DNA of 64,000 nucleotides from a bacterium (GTDB taxonomy: Bacteria > UBA10199 > 2-02-FULL-50-16 > JAJFLM01): NCBI GenBank assembly GCA_965216315.1, contig CBDCFN010000016.1, forward strand, positions 2,333,982 to 2,397,981, given 5' to 3'. Made by a program: the position numbers and the translations under genes. The notes under the pieces are model-generated. The model was not told the DNA's origin. It worked only from the letters and a program-made list of their open reading frames with translations, and did no database searches. Of this stretch, positions 1 through 11,789 are shown in pieces (the stretch's first letter is position 1; every line of letters starts with the position of its first letter).

Positions 1-396
1 GCACCTTGCGGAACTGAATCGTTTCCTGCGTATGATAATGCATGACTATAGGACAATGTCTCAGCTTATAGAGTTTTTTGGCATGAAACTTCACCATACG
101 GTTTTGTAGATTTCTATGAGGGAAAAAGAACTTGCCCGCCTTTTCAATACCGGTTTTGAGCTCTCTCAGCAGATAGACCTCACCTTCCCAGCCTGAGCCA
201 ATCCGTTCTAGGACTTCATACTTACGGACAAGGATACGGCCTGCGTTAAAACCAAATGAGGTGACTCTTTTAGATGATTGGACTGCCATTGTAACTCATC
301 AAGAATATCGTGCTCAATAAATCAATTTCTGCCTTTTTAAAAGATTTTTTCGTGTCACTTGACGATTTTAAACCATATCATTATTTATTCCCCGCC

Positions 397-666
397 ATGC
401 CTATCTACGAATACATCTGCCAAAAATGTGGCCAGGAGATTGAGGCCATCCAAAAGGTCTCAGAAGCACCGCTGACTCAACATGACGACTGTGGCGGCAA
501 ACTCGAAAAAAAACTCTCTCTCTCCGCTTTTCATCTCAAGGGGGGTGGCTGGTACGCAGATGGCTATAGCCAAAAGAGCAGCAAACCTGATAAAAAAGAA
601 CCTAAAACGAGCTCAGACGATAAAAAAACAACGTCAAAGAAAAAAGAAAAGACGCCGTCATCGTAG
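397..666 (+). CDS. FmdB-family zinc-ribbon regulatory protein
   Basis: MPIYEYxCxxCG...C..CGG-like motif, FHLKGGGWYADGY and a Lys/Ser-rich tail; ATG at 397 preferred over 310. Confidence 0.85.
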   Translation: MPIYEYICQKCGQEIEAIQKVSEAPLTQHDDCGGKLEKKLSLSAFHLKGGGWYADGYSQKSSKPDKKEPKTSSDDKKTTSKKKEKTPSS

Positions 667-722
667 CATGCAGTGGCTGAACCCGTTATTTTGCCTTACA
701 ATAAGCGTAGGAACCTTAAGAA

Positions 723-1916
723 ATGAAAGCATTAATACTTGCGCTTAGCCTACTGAATTCTATCTTTATACTTGCTTGTTCTTCATCATCTGATGATGTC
801 GAACACCGCGCTGTCAAATGGGTTCTTTCCCGACCCGTCAGTTTTGACCTCAGAATCCCCCCCCAGATTTTCAAGGGTCAATTGCCGAGCGATCCTGAGC
901 TGGCCGAATGTCATACGCAAGGCATGGAAATCGTCAATGAAAATGTCATTATCAGCTGTAGTCTGTACAATTCCCGCCAAAAAATTCGCCGGAGCTATGC
1001 GGCCGAAAGCCTACTCCTCAAAGCTCCATTAAAAGACATTACTAACACAGCCCAGAAACATCACATCGCCTGGTCAATGAAGAAAATCACTGAGACCGTT
1101 CCCGCTGCCGAACAAAAACGAATTACTGATTCAATGATTCGCAATATTCCAAGCACCCTCGGCACTTTCATGAATTGGTTTTTGCCTTTAGATGATATTG
1201 AGCACGTCATGGGACATCCGTCGGGCCTTGCTTATGACCAGAAAGCCGGCGGGCTCTGGGTCGCAAACGCCGTCTATGGATGGGATTCTTATACTCATCT
1301 ACTCCTCTTAGACCCAGACACGCTTGAACCTATTCCCAAGCACCAACCACTCGCCGTTCACGATCACCTTGGTTTTGTTGCGACGACAGCAGGCCCTTTT
1401 CTCTGGTCTTTCAACTGGGGAAAAGAACCGCGTATGATTATTATTGATCCAAGCACGGGAAAGACACGGTGGCGACCGCGCCCTGTTCCTAATAATATCG
1501 CGTATCAGGACTGCGACAACCTTGATGAGCATACTATACTATGCGCAGGAGGCATGAAACTGCCTAATAGTTGGTACCCGCAACGGGATGGTGTCCTCCA
1601 CATGCTGAGTGTAAGCGGTAATGAACTTGATTATTTAAAAGTCTATCACACCGAAACACTTGTATGGAGACCTAAATTCGCAGAGAAGGTATCATCAAAA
1701 TTCGGCTCAAGAAGCTTTGTCAGTGTAGAAACAATCGGTGACATCGAAATGGATGAATCTAATTACTACGGGGATTACACGACACCACTACCACTCACCA
1801 ATGCCGGTATGGCTGTCGGCCCAAACAAGAAATATATCTATTTCCTGCCTGATGATCTGCCCCATGCACGGTTGATAAGATTTGAGCTGAGTAAGGTTCC
1901 TGCCGGTAAGGACTAG
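723..1916 (+). CDS. Putative lipoprotein, probable beta-propeller (DUF6454-like)
   Basis: Lipobox ILAC; motifs HTQG, HPSG, DHLG, NW, YQDC and YFLPDD shared with ORF 43549-44424. Confidence 0.55.
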   Translation: MKALILALSLLNSIFILACSSSSDDVEHRAVKWVLSRPVSFDLRIPPQIFKGQLPSDPELAECHTQGMEIVNENVIISCSLYNSRQKIRRSYAAESLLLKAPLKDITNTAQKHHIAWSMKKITETVPAAEQKRITDSMIRNIPSTLGTFMNWFLPLDDIEHVMGHPSGLAYDQKAGGLWVANAVYGWDSYTHLLLLDPDTLEPIPKHQPLAVHDHLGFVATTAGPFLWSFNWGKEPRMIIIDPSTGKTRWRPRPVPNNIAYQDCDNLDEHTILCAGGMKLPNSWYPQRDGVLHMLSVSGNELDYLKVYHTETLVWRPKFAEKVSSKFGSRSFVSVETIGDIEMDESNYYGDYTTPLPLTNAGMAVGPNKKYIYFLPDDLPHARLIRFELSKVPAGKD

Positions 1917-4378
1917 TGAGTAATTGTAGCTGAATCGGATTGAGTAACATCCTTAGAAAAGATTTCTTCAGAATCTTCCGCACCACCATCATCGACGAGA
2001 GGACTCTTTTTAAATAGGCTTTCGGGATTCTCCATCCGCAATGCAATCATCAGGACATCGTCCATATTCTCAACCGGCCTGACATCAAGCTGCTTGAGAA
2101 TCTTCTTAGGAATATCCTTCAGATCTTTTTCATTTTCTTTGGGGATAATAATGAGTTTGATGCCGCCTCGATGCGCTGCAAGACTCTTCTCCTTGAGCCC
2201 GCCGATAGGAAGAACGCGTCCGCGCAAGGTAATTTCACCGGTCATCGCCACATCTTTACGAACAGGTATCTTTAAAAGAGCCGAGACAATCGCTGTCGCC
2301 ATCGTAATACCTGCCGACGGACCATCTTTGGGAGTGGCTCCTTCCGGAACATGTATATGAATATCGAGACGTTGATAAAAATTGCGCGGCAGTCCAAAGG
2401 CCTGTGCGCGTGAACGCACATAACTCATCGCCGCCTGCGCCGACTCCTGCATGACATCACCTAGTTTGCCGGTCACCGTCAATTTTCCTTTACCAGGCAC
2501 GACACTGACCTCGGTTTGAAGCAGTTCACCACCAAACTCAGTCCAAGCCAAGCCTGTTGACATGCCAACTTCATCCTTTTCCTCCATCGCCCCATATCGA
2601 AACTTAGGTGGTCCTAAATAGGTAGGAATGTTTTTAGCCGCCACACGCACGCTTTTCTCAGATCCTTCTTCCGTTAATTTGCGCGCGACTTTACGGCAAA
2701 TTTTGGCAATGACTCGATCGAGGTTTCTCACCCCGGCTTCACGCGTATAACGTCGAATGATATGCTTAATCGCGCTATCCAGTACCAGCAATTTCTCACT
2801 TGTCAGCCCGTGATCCTCGAGTTGTTTTCGAACCAAATACTTTTTAGCAATATTAAGTTTTTCATCTTCCGTATACCCAGGGATACGAATCATTTCCATA
2901 CGGTCAAGCAATGGATGTGGGATTGAAGACAGCGTGTTGGCTGTCGTAATAAACATAACATGGGAAAGATCGTAATCCAGATCCAGATAATGATCGTTGA
3001 AAGTTGTGTTTTGTTCCGGATCTAGAACCTCCAGCAGGGCCGCCGACGGGTCACCACGAAAGTCCATTGACATTTTATCGACCTCATCGAGAAGGAAGAC
3101 CGGATTACTGGAACCTGCCTTTTTAAGGCTTTGAATAATCTTGCCCGGTAGCGCACCGATATAGGTCCGGCGATGGCCTCGAATCTCAGCCTCATCTCGA
3201 ACGCCCCCTAAAGAGCAACGAATAAACTTGCGGCCCATCGCACGCGCAATTGAGCGCGCCAGCGATGTCTTTCCGACACCCGGAGGTCCGACCAGGCACA
3301 AGATAGGGCCCTTCATCTTCTCAACCCGACTCAGTACGGCAAGATATTCGAGAATCCGTTCTTTCGGCTCATCAAGCCCATAATGATCCTCGTCGAGTAC
3401 GTTGCGAGCCACTTTGATATCAACCTTGTCCTCTGTCATGTCATACCATGGCAGGGAAATCGCCCAATCGATATAATTACGCACGACCGTCGCTTCGGCA
3501 CTCATCGGACTCATCATCTTTAACTTGCGAAATTCTTTTTGGACTTTTTTGGTCGCCTCGGCGCTCATCTTCTTGCTCTTGATTTCGTCTTCCAGTTCTT
3601 GGAGTTCGCTCCTAAACTCATCTCTCTCTCCGAGCTCACGCTGAATGGCCTGCATTTGTTCATTGAGGTAATATTCCTTTTGCGTCTTCTCCATTTGCTT
3701 CTTGACGCGACCACGAATTTTTTTCTCAACCTGCAAGATCTCTATTTCCGACTGCAAATGACCATAGAGTTTTTCAAGGCGTTCGGCTGGAATTTCCGTT
3801 TCTAATAATTTTTGTTTATCAGATAACTTCAATTGGAGATGAGCAACGATCGTATCGGCTAAACGCGAAGGGTCATCAATCGTCGCAACAGACGTCATCA
3901 TTTCAGGCGGAATATATTTGTTCAACTTGATGTATTGCTCAAAGGTCGTCTTGACGGTACGCATGAGAGCTTCGATCTCTGTCGTCAACTCCCGATTCTC
4001 ATACACTTCATCGACCTCGGCTAAAAAGAACGGCGTTTTTGCTACAAACTCTTTAATACGTGCGCGCCGTTTACCTTCTACCAGCACCTTGACAGTCCCA
4101 TCGGGCAAACGCAGGAGCTGAATGATCGTCCCCAGCGTTCCCATCCTATAAATATCTTCTTCTTTGGGGTCATTCGTTTTGGCATTGACCTGTGCCGCCA
4201 GCAAAATGTCCTTCTCTTTGCTCATCGCCTCATCCAAGGCGGCTATCGATTTCTCCCGGCCAACAAAAAGGGGCACGACCATGTGGGGAAAGACAATGAT
4301 GTCACGAAGCGGCAGCAGGGGAACACCGACTCCCTTAGGCCCTTTCGCTTCTTCCATATCATCCTTAACAAAACCCAT
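1913..4378 (-). CDS. lon: ATP-dependent Lon protease
   Basis: LON N-domain, Walker A GPPGVGKT, catalytic PKDGPSAG; follows clpX. Confidence 0.98.
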   Translation of the reverse strand: MGFVKDDMEEAKGPKGVGVPLLPLRDIIVFPHMVVPLFVGREKSIAALDEAMSKEKDILLAAQVNAKTNDPKEEDIYRMGTLGTIIQLLRLPDGTVKVLVEGKRRARIKEFVAKTPFFLAEVDEVYENRELTTEIEALMRTVKTTFEQYIKLNKYIPPEMMTSVATIDDPSRLADTIVAHLQLKLSDKQKLLETEIPAERLEKLYGHLQSEIEILQVEKKIRGRVKKQMEKTQKEYYLNEQMQAIQRELGERDEFRSELQELEDEIKSKKMSAEATKKVQKEFRKLKMMSPMSAEATVVRNYIDWAISLPWYDMTEDKVDIKVARNVLDEDHYGLDEPKERILEYLAVLSRVEKMKGPILCLVGPPGVGKTSLARSIARAMGRKFIRCSLGGVRDEAEIRGHRRTYIGALPGKIIQSLKKAGSSNPVFLLDEVDKMSMDFRGDPSAALLEVLDPEQNTTFNDHYLDLDYDLSHVMFITTANTLSSIPHPLLDRMEMIRIPGYTEDEKLNIAKKYLVRKQLEDHGLTSEKLLVLDSAIKHIIRRYTREAGVRNLDRVIAKICRKVARKLTEEGSEKSVRVAAKNIPTYLGPPKFRYGAMEEKDEVGMSTGLAWTEFGGELLQTEVSVVPGKGKLTVTGKLGDVMQESAQAAMSYVRSRAQAFGLPRNFYQRLDIHIHVPEGATPKDGPSAGITMATAIVSALLKIPVRKDVAMTGEITLRGRVLPIGGLKEKSLAAHRGGIKLIIIPKENEKDLKDIPKKILKQLDVRPVENMDDVLMIALRMENPESLFKKSPLVDDGGAEDSEEIFSKDVTQSDSATITH

Positions 4379-4423
4379 AGTAATTCTCTTTAACTAAAGA
4401 TTGAACTGCCGCCGTATCTGCCG

Positions 4424-5677
4424 TTAAGCAGATTCGGCCTCTTTTTCATAGACGACGACCGGTTCGCCCTTCTTAACGATAACATCTTCGTTAATGATAA
4501 CTTCCTTGATATCGTCGTTAGAAGGGACATCGTACATTATGTCTAACATAATGTGCTCGAGGATGGCACGCAAGCCCCGAGCCCCGGATTTTCTTTTAGC
4601 GGCCTCTCGGGCGACGGCACGGAGCGCGCCCTCCCGGAATTTCAGCTTCACCTTCTCAAAATCGAAAAGGCGTTGATACTGCTTCACCAGGGCGTTTCTC
4701 GGCTTGGTCATTATCTCAACCAAGGAGTTTTCATCTAACTCCCCTAAGGTCGCAATGACGGGAATACGCCCAATGAACTCTGGGATAAGCCCGAATTTCA
4801 ACAGATCTTCAGTCAGTGTCTTAGGCAATAGTTGACTAACACCCATTTCCTTATGTGTCTGCAGATCTGCCCCAAAACCTAAGCTCTTAGTTCCGATGCG
4901 GCGCCGAATAATGTCCTCGAGACCAACAAACGCACCACCAACGATAAATAAAATGTTGGAGGTATCAATCGGAATAAACTCTTGCTGCGGATGCTTGCGT
5001 CCCCCTTTGGGAGGCACATTGGCAACCGTTCCCTCAATAATTTTCAGTAATGCCTGCTGAACCCCTTCGCCTGAAACGTCGCGTGTAATGGAGGGACTAT
5101 CGGCCTTGCGACTTATCTTATCAATTTCATCGATGTAGACAATGCCCCGCTCACAGCGCGCCTTATCATAGTCCGCGGCCTGCAAGAGATTGAGAATAAT
5201 ATTCTCGACGTCTTCACCAACATAACCGGCTTCGGTCAGGGTTGTAGCATCAGCAATCGTAAAAGGAACATTAAGAATTTTTGCCAACGTCTGTGCGAGC
5301 AACGTCTTACCGCAACCCGTCGGACCAATCAGTAGGATATTGCTCTTTTGGAGTTCGACATCGCTCGTTGAACCCCGTGCCTCAATCCGTTTGTAGTGGT
5401 TATAAACCGCGACAGCCAGAACCTTCTTGGCCCGTTCCTGGCCGATGACATATTCGTCTAAGATATTTTTGATTTCATGCGGCTTGGGAATACCGGTCTT
5501 AGCAGTCGATTGATCTGTCCGTGCATTCTCTTCGGCGATAATGTCATTACATAGATCAATACATTCATCGCAAATATAGACCGTGGGTCCTGCGATCAGC
5601 TTTCTAACTTCCTTTTGCGACTTGCCACAAAAGGAACAAGAAAGATTCGTTGGGTCATCCACATAATTTCGACTCAT
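4424..5677 (-). CDS. clpX: Clp protease ATP-binding subunit ClpX
   Basis: CSFCGK...CDEC zinc domain, [21 protein letters not shown] loop. Confidence 0.98.
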   Translation of the reverse strand: MSRNYVDDPTNLSCSFCGKSQKEVRKLIAGPTVYICDECIDLCNDIIAEENARTDQSTAKTGIPKPHEIKNILDEYVIGQERAKKVLAVAVYNHYKRIEARGSTSDVELQKSNILLIGPTGCGKTLLAQTLAKILNVPFTIADATTLTEAGYVGEDVENIILNLLQAADYDKARCERGIVYIDEIDKISRKADSPSITRDVSGEGVQQALLKIIEGTVANVPPKGGRKHPQQEFIPIDTSNILFIVGGAFVGLEDIIRRRIGTKSLGFGADLQTHKEMGVSQLLPKTLTEDLLKFGLIPEFIGRIPVIATLGELDENSLVEIMTKPRNALVKQYQRLFDFEKVKLKFREGALRAVAREAAKRKSGARGLRAILEHIMLDIMYDVPSNDDIKEVIINEDVIVKKGEPVVVYEKEAESA

Positions 5678-5685
5678 TGAATCAC

Positions 5686-6327
5686 CTACTTCTTGGTGCC
5701 ACTCACAACTTCCATTTTTTTATCAATATCTCGTGACCTAATCACGTCATCTACCAAGCCGTACTCAACGGCCTCCTCGCCAGACATGAAAAAATCACGC
5801 TCCGTATCGGCCTGTATCTTCTTAATCGACTGGCCCGTTGCCTTAGCTAGTATGTTATTCAGTTCCTCGCGCAATCGCAAGATTTCTCGGGCATGGATAT
5901 CAATATCGGTCGCTTGGCCTTGAAATCCGCCCATTGGCTGGTGGATGAGGATGCGGGAATGCGGGAGGGCATGGCGTTTGCCTTTAGTCCCGGCAGCAAG
6001 CAGTACAGCCCCCATAGAGGCCGCCTGACCCACACAGAGAGTCGACACGTCCGGTTTTACATACCGCATCGTGTCAAGAATGGCGAGACCGGCAGTGACG
6101 GAACCGCCCGGCGAATTGACATAGACGTAAATATCTTTTTCCGGGTCATCTGATTCCAAAAAAAGCATCTGCGCAATGATCAAATTGGCCATATCATCCC
6201 CAATGGCCGTCCCGATAAAGATAATTCGGTCTTTTAAGAGCCGAGAAAAGATGTCATAGGCCCGCTCCCCTCGGTGGGTCTGCTCAATGACCATGGGCAC
6301 TAACGTCGAGGCATACGGTCCGCTCAT
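5686..6327 (-). CDS. clpP: Clp protease proteolytic subunit
   Basis: [26 protein letters not shown]. Confidence 0.98.
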   Translation of the reverse strand: MSGPYASTLVPMVIEQTHRGERAYDIFSRLLKDRIIFIGTAIGDDMANLIIAQMLFLESDDPEKDIYVYVNSPGGSVTAGLAILDTMRYVKPDVSTLCVGQAASMGAVLLAAGTKGKRHALPHSRILIHQPMGGFQGQATDIDIHAREILRLREELNNILAKATGQSIKKIQADTERDFFMSGEEAVEYGLVDDVIRSRDIDKKMEVVSGTKK

Positions 6328-6351
6328 AATTCCCCCATTAAGTATTTAAAT

Positions 6352-7656
6352 TTATTCACTTTTTTTTGCCTGCTTTGTATCGATTTTAGCTTCAGCCAGA
6401 ATAAAATCAAGGGTTTTGTCCTGCAGGATCAAGGCATCCAATTGGCGCATTCGATCCTGATTGGCTTCGTAGAACTGCCGCACATTCACTTTTTGCTGAT
6501 TCGTCATGCGCGCCACTTCCTCCAACTTCGCTTCCCTATCTTCATCGTTGACCTGAATGCTTTCATCAATCCAGATTCTCTCAAAAAGCAACATGCCTTT
6601 CACGCGCAACGTCGCCTCGGCTAAATTCTTTTCGCGGAACACTTCCGGTGTAATTCCAAGGGCCTCTGCTGACTGACCCTGCATCTTTAAATTCTGAGTC
6701 AGTTGATCAAACATGCTCGCAAGTTCGCTTTCAATCATCGACTCAGGAACCTCAAACTCATTCGCTTTCACAAGTGACTCGACAACTTCCCGATGGAGTC
6801 TGCCTCTATCGGCGCGCTTTTTCTGTCCAGCCAGGTCCTCCTTGATCTGTTTTTTTAAAGCTTTCAGATCTTCCTGGCCCAAGTCTTTGGCAAACTCATC
6901 ATCTAACTTGGGCAACACCTTTTGTTTCACATCCTTTAAATGCACGGAGTAATGCATTTTTTTGCCTGCAAAGTTCTTATCGGCAAAATCATCCGGTAGA
7001 GTTACGTCTATTTCCCGTTTATCACCAATTTTAGCGTCTTTGAGATTATCTTCGAATTCTTTCAGCAGGGTCCCGCTGCCAAACTCCGCCATGTAACCAT
7101 CCACCTTATTGCCTTCAAAAGACTGGCCTTCTTTAAGGGCCTCATAATCAAAGGTAATCACGTCACCCTTTTTAAGCGCTCGCGGAGGATCAATAGATTC
7201 CAGCTTGGCGCGATGGTTTTGAAGTTGCGTCAACTGGTCTTTGAGCTCCTTGTCGGTTACTTTCGCGGCCTCCGGTTTCAGCTTGAGACCTTTGTATTTT
7301 TGAATTGCTCCCAACTCGGGCTTCACCTCAAAACGAGCTACATAGACGAGTTCTTTAATCGGATCGAAGCGCGTGATCTCAATCTGTGGATAGGAGAGCG
7401 GAAAAATCCCTTCCTGGGTCAGCGCCTCCGGATAGGTCTGATCCACTAAGGAGCGCATCGCCTGACTTTCAGCATCTTGCTGGTAGTGTTTTTCAAGGAC
7501 ATTACGCGGGACCTTGCCGGGCCGAAACCCTTTGAGCTTGGCCGTCTTCTTTATCTCATCGTAGGCGGCGTCGATATGCTCGCTCACCCGGTCCGCATCG
7601 ACCTGAATCTCGACCTTCTTCTTAATGGGTGATTCTTGTTCAACTGTAACTTTCAT
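6352..7656 (-). CDS. tig: Trigger factor
   Basis: GFRPGKVP ribosome-binding motif; ATG at 7656 after GGAG; the longer ORF start overlaps the tRNA. Confidence 0.96.
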   Translation of the reverse strand: MKVTVEQESPIKKKVEIQVDADRVSEHIDAAYDEIKKTAKLKGFRPGKVPRNVLEKHYQQDAESQAMRSLVDQTYPEALTQEGIFPLSYPQIEITRFDPIKELVYVARFEVKPELGAIQKYKGLKLKPEAAKVTDKELKDQLTQLQNHRAKLESIDPPRALKKGDVITFDYEALKEGQSFEGNKVDGYMAEFGSGTLLKEFEDNLKDAKIGDKREIDVTLPDDFADKNFAGKKMHYSVHLKDVKQKVLPKLDDEFAKDLGQEDLKALKKQIKEDLAGQKKRADRGRLHREVVESLVKANEFEVPESMIESELASMFDQLTQNLKMQGQSAEALGITPEVFREKNLAEATLRVKGMLLFERIWIDESIQVNDEDREAKLEEVARMTNQQKVNVRQFYEANQDRMRQLDALILQDKTLDFILAEAKIDTKQAKKSE

Positions 7657-7671
7657 AAGTGGCTCTCCATA

Positions 7672-7753
7672 TGCGAGCGGAGGGACTCGAACCCCCACGA
7701 CTTGCGCCACTAGGTTCTAAGCCTAGCGCGTCTACCAATTCCGCCACGCTCGC
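7672..7753 (-). tRNA. tRNA-Leu(TAG); 3' CCA not encoded
   Basis: Acceptor stem GCGAGCG/CGCTCGC-A, D-loop GGAATTGGTAGAC, anticodon loop CTTAGAA, long variable arm, GGTTCGAGTCC. Confidence 0.95.
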
Positions 7754-7930
7754 GCAGTATCACAGGGGCTCACGTCGCCCCCTCCGGTCGGCAAAGCCGC
7801 CGGAGTCTCCCCCTCTCGCTCGCTAGCGATTTCATCGCAATCGAGTACGCGATGGGGGGTTGTCAGGGGGGAGAGAGTTATCGCCCCCATGACTTTAGCA
7901 CAACGGAAGCTGCGCTTTCGTTGTGCGGAC

Positions 7931-7960
7931 AGAATACCTTGAGATTTCGGTAAGTTGCAA
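7931..7960 (-). promoter_or_regulatory. Putative sigma70 promoter for tRNA-Leu/tig operon
   Basis: TTGCAA-N18-TATTCT on the minus strand. Confidence 0.5.
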
Positions 7961-8019
7961 GAAGAAAGGCGAGGGACTCATTGACAATTGAGTCGGTATG
8001 AACGAGAAACGGCGCGAAT

Positions 8020-8092
<73 letters not shown>

Positions 8093-8129
8093 CATTTGAC
8101 ACCTAAGCTTGTTAAACCCGTCCAAAGCA

Positions 8130-8675
8130 ATGCCGGATAACGATGATCCACTCATAAGCCAGACATGGAACGATATAGTGGAACGTGACCCCCTCGTCTC
8201 GTTCTCGTGGTATCTCTCTGGCCGGAAAAATTGCCTTCTGGAGATCGGACAGGAGGTCATTTCCACTCTCGATAATGCGTTTTCTAGCGATCTCGTAGAC
8301 GGTGGTCAATTTGAGCGAGCTGAAATGCTCATGTGGTTGTGGATTCTCGGCGCCTATGAGATCACGCGAACGATGTGTCAGGCAAAGGAGTGCTTTTCAC
8401 CAGCGTGCAGCTCCCGGCTTCGCTCGCTCAAGAAAGAACTGGCTCAGGCGCGTATGCCAGCAGCAAAGATGGAAAAACCTAGACAGAGGACTCCCGTCAT
8501 ATCGAATCGCTCTCCTGCAGAATGGGATCTGCCCAACCGAGATTTAGTCATCGGAGACCCGATGTCCTCAATGCTCTCCGCACGCAACCTATTAAAAAAA
8601 TTCGAAGATGTTCTTACTTTCATCTCGCGTGATGACATTCTCAAAAAACACGAGGACTCATACAAGGAAAATTAA
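8130..8675 (+). CDS. Hypothetical alpha-helical protein
   Basis: Open frame just 3' of tRNA-Lys; no family recognised; start may be 8109. Confidence 0.6.
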   Translation: MPDNDDPLISQTWNDIVERDPLVSFSWYLSGRKNCLLEIGQEVISTLDNAFSSDLVDGGQFERAEMLMWLWILGAYEITRTMCQAKECFSPACSSRLRSLKKELAQARMPAAKMEKPRQRTPVISNRSPAEWDLPNRDLVIGDPMSSMLSARNLLKKFEDVLTFISRDDILKKHEDSYKEN

Positions 8676-8686
8676 CTCAAAGTCTG

Positions 8687-9985
8687 TCAATCATCTTCTA
8701 TAATAACTCCCGAAAAATTTGCTAACCTAACAACACCTGAAACATCATAAATGGCTGCATTACCTTCGATTGTTTTATTGAGATAGTTTGCTTTTAAAAG
8801 TGGTCTTGCCCTATTTGTAAACTCAACTGATGATTTCAAAGAAAGCCTTTGATACTCTTTTGGACGAATTGGTCCTTCAGAAAGAATATTATTTAATATA
8901 TCTTTTTCTTTTGGCTTCAAGGTATCTAAGGCAAGCTGATTTGCCATAATATTCTTTAGAAACGACAAACCTATTCCCCTCCCAATCCTAGTTACAGTGG
9001 GATTTTCCTTAAATATCGCCCTTACAATGTCATCACACGCTTTAAGAACAGCGCGAATTTCCCCATCTGAATTCTGATAAATATCTCTAATCAATTGCTC
9101 ATCTATCGGCAATAAGGGAGGTGTGGAGATATTATTTATGGCATACAAACGCCTGCGAATATTGAGCACTTCAATGACTTCATCCTCACTGAGTGGTGCT
9201 AAATATGTTTCTTGTCCCGAAACTATTTCGGCGACCCTTGATGACTTTGTAGCTAGTGTCGAGTAAATACCAGGATATCCAATCAATATTGTCCAGAGGC
9301 CCTCAATTTCAAAAAGATAGTCACGCATTTGGTCCATGAGCGAGGTAAATTCAGTCTCGTCTATTATCTCCAAATTGTTAAGATTTAGAAATATTCCCTT
9401 CAGATCAAAATGCTTCTTAACAGTTTTTATGATCGTTCTGATTTGTTCACAATAAGTTGTAGCGGGGATTTGGTCAGGTGGACGAAATTCTTTCGTACTG
9501 CTTCCCGACACTCCTAGACCCGCCACACTGCCACCAAGAGATGTACTCGTCGTGGGCACAATTTCTGAAACCCATTGAAGTAATGGCTCTAATTCTACTG
9601 GGAAAGGAATGCCAGTTGCAGAGCTATATCCTCGAATAGAATACATTATACTTGAAATGCACTTAAACAACAGATTCCCAACCTGCTCCGAAGGCTCTAT
9701 TTGCACTTTATGAAAACATGGCAGCAAATAGGATTCATGGTACGCTAAACCATCGAATAGTGGTTCAGATTGGCTACAGGCGAATTCCATAATGTTCACA
9801 AAACTTGTTTTTCCAACACCTCGATGCCCACTCACTACGGCCAAGGCGCGATCTTCCGAAGAAATGTCCACCATGAAACTATTGAGGTTGATGAGCCTTC
9901 CAACAAAATATTGGGCATCATCCTTGGTGGGTCTTAGTGGCTTAGTATTGAAAATATTCTGTGAGAACCCGAAGCTATCGTACAT
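8687..9985 (-). CDS. P-loop ATPase with probable C-terminal winged helix
   Basis: FVGR, Walker A GHRGVGKT, atypical Walker B region; visibly AT-rich. Confidence 0.7.
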   Translation of the reverse strand: MYDSFGFSQNIFNTKPLRPTKDDAQYFVGRLINLNSFMVDISSEDRALAVVSGHRGVGKTSFVNIMEFACSQSEPLFDGLAYHESYLLPCFHKVQIEPSEQVGNLLFKCISSIMYSIRGYSSATGIPFPVELEPLLQWVSEIVPTTSTSLGGSVAGLGVSGSSTKEFRPPDQIPATTYCEQIRTIIKTVKKHFDLKGIFLNLNNLEIIDETEFTSLMDQMRDYLFEIEGLWTILIGYPGIYSTLATKSSRVAEIVSGQETYLAPLSEDEVIEVLNIRRRLYAINNISTPPLLPIDEQLIRDIYQNSDGEIRAVLKACDDIVRAIFKENPTVTRIGRGIGLSFLKNIMANQLALDTLKPKEKDILNNILSEGPIRPKEYQRLSLKSSVEFTNRARPLLKANYLNKTIEGNAAIYDVSGVVRLANFSGVIIEDD

Positions 9986-10121
9986 CCGTAGACCTATTGA
10001 TGGACTCGGAGCTTATCTCCGAGTCATTGAAATTATTAAGGAATTTCTATTTCTGGTTAATTTTGCTGTTTTTACCCTCTGAAATGCTCATTCACAACTG
10101 CTAATTCCTGTTTGTTGAGGG

Positions 10122-11144
10122 CTATGCCTCAAAAGCCTTCTCGAAGGGGGCCTTCCGCTTGTACCCCAGGCGCTGGATAAGGCGCGTTGCCACGCGATTC
10201 TCCGTCTCGACCCACTGCTGGTCGGATGCGCCCGTTCCAACCCTGAGGGCCCCACCGGCAATCATGTCATGGCCGCCGGCCGCCCCTTTGACTTCGAGCA
10301 CTTGCTTGAGCAACTGGCCCGCCTCGGACCTGACGTTGCTGGTGCGCAGCGAGATATGCAGGCGGTCACGAAAGCGGCCGGTACAGACACTCCAGGTCTT
10401 GCCGTGACAACTCAACAAAAAATCCGCCGTCTGGCTGACCAGATCGGGATTGGGAATCCGTCCCAAGTGGACCCCGATCACGCGACCACATTGAAAGGCC
10501 TGCTGAATCGCGCGTCCGACCGTCGCAAAATACGCATCCGAACGCGGCGGATGCTCGATCCGTGCCAATGACCGCATGGAGACGTGCGGAAACAACGTCG
10601 TATACACCTTTATATCCGCCGGGCTTTCTTCGCGCCCTAGGTTTTGGGTCTCCGAACTGATCCCGTAAGCGAGCGCCGTCGCCAATTGACGCGGAATCCG
10701 CACACCGGCATCCAACAGGGCCTCGGTGATAATCGTCGACGTCGCCCCATAGTGTTCGCGCACCAAGGTATATTCGGCCTTGGTCTTTCGATGCAGCGGG
10801 TGATGGTCAATGACGATACGAGCCAACTGCGCGGCGGGAAAGGCGTTATTGGCAAAGGGCGGCTGCGTATCCACCAAGGCCACATTGGTATCCGGCTGCA
10901 GATCACGGGAACGCAACTTTTGCAGCGGAATCTTGAGCTCCCGTTTCATCACCTGATTTTCCATCCGTCCAATGATGCCTCCATAAACCAGGCGGGAGCG
11001 AATCCCATATTTCTCGCCGGCAAGCAGCTGCAAGGCATAAGCACTCGCCATCGCGTCAGGGTCCGGGTGATCATGCGTCATAATCAAGAGGGGCGAGAGT
11101 GAATCTTGCTTGGCCTTAAGATATTCGTTGAGTTCGTGAGGCAT
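10122..11144 (-). CDS. DHH-family phosphoesterase
   Basis: HDHPDPDA, LVD, IDHH, GGH motifs. Confidence 0.9.
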   Translation of the reverse strand: MPHELNEYLKAKQDSLSPLLIMTHDHPDPDAMASAYALQLLAGEKYGIRSRLVYGGIIGRMENQVMKRELKIPLQKLRSRDLQPDTNVALVDTQPPFANNAFPAAQLARIVIDHHPLHRKTKAEYTLVREHYGATSTIITEALLDAGVRIPRQLATALAYGISSETQNLGREESPADIKVYTTLFPHVSMRSLARIEHPPRSDAYFATVGRAIQQAFQCGRVIGVHLGRIPNPDLVSQTADFLLSCHGKTWSVCTGRFRDRLHISLRTSNVRSEAGQLLKQVLEVKGAAGGHDMIAGGALRVGTGASDQQWVETENRVATRLIQRLGYKRKAPFEKAFEA

Positions 11145-11165
11145 CGATATTAAGGATATACCTCT

Positions 11166-11789
11166 ATGGCCGCACTCGTCGCAACATTAGACTTAGAAGG
11201 TGTGTTCATCCCGGAGATTTGGATCAACGTGGCCAAAAAAACGGGAATCGAAGAACTCCGCCTCACGACCCGGGACATCCCCGATTATGACGAGCTCATG
11301 CAGCGCCGGCTGCGTATCTTGGATCAGCACAACATCACCCTCGATCAGATCCAAGAAGTGATCGGCACGCTCACTCCATTAGACGGGGCCAAAGAAATGT
11401 TGGCATGGCTCAAGGCCCATTACCAAGTCATCATCCTTTCGGACACGTTTTATGAGTTCTCTTATCCACTGATGAAGCAATTGGATTTCCCGACCTTATT
11501 CTGTCATTCCCTCGAGGTTGATGAAACGGGAAAGGTCACGAATTACAAACTCCGCATGCCGGACCAGAAACGCGAATCCGTCAAGGCCCTCAAGGGGCTC
11601 AACTTTAGAGTCATCGCCGCCGGGGATTCCTATAATGATACAACCATGCTGATGGAAGCCGACGCGGGCATACTCTTCAGCCCACCCCAGAACGTGATCG
11701 ACGAATTTCCGCAGTTTCCGGTCACGAATAATTATGTTGAATTAAAGGCCGCCTTTGAACGCGCCTCCCACCAATTATCATCGCTGTAA
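11166..11789 (+). CDS. thrH: Phosphoserine phosphatase/homoserine phosphotransferase
   Basis: HAD motif LDLEGV, PEIW, GDSYND. Confidence 0.93.
   Translation: MAALVATLDLEGVFIPEIWINVAKKTGIEELRLTTRDIPDYDELMQRRLRILDQHNITLDQIQEVIGTLTPLDGAKEMLAWLKAHYQVIILSDTFYEFSYPLMKQLDFPTLFCHSLEVDETGKVTNYKLRMPDQKRESVKALKGLNFRVIAAGDSYNDTTMLMEADAGILFSPPQNVIDEFPQFPVTNNYVELKAAFERASHQLSSL

Noticed and set aside
1..200. Partial gene or frameshifted fragment at the window start
   Set aside because: Only short frames with no recognisable motif.
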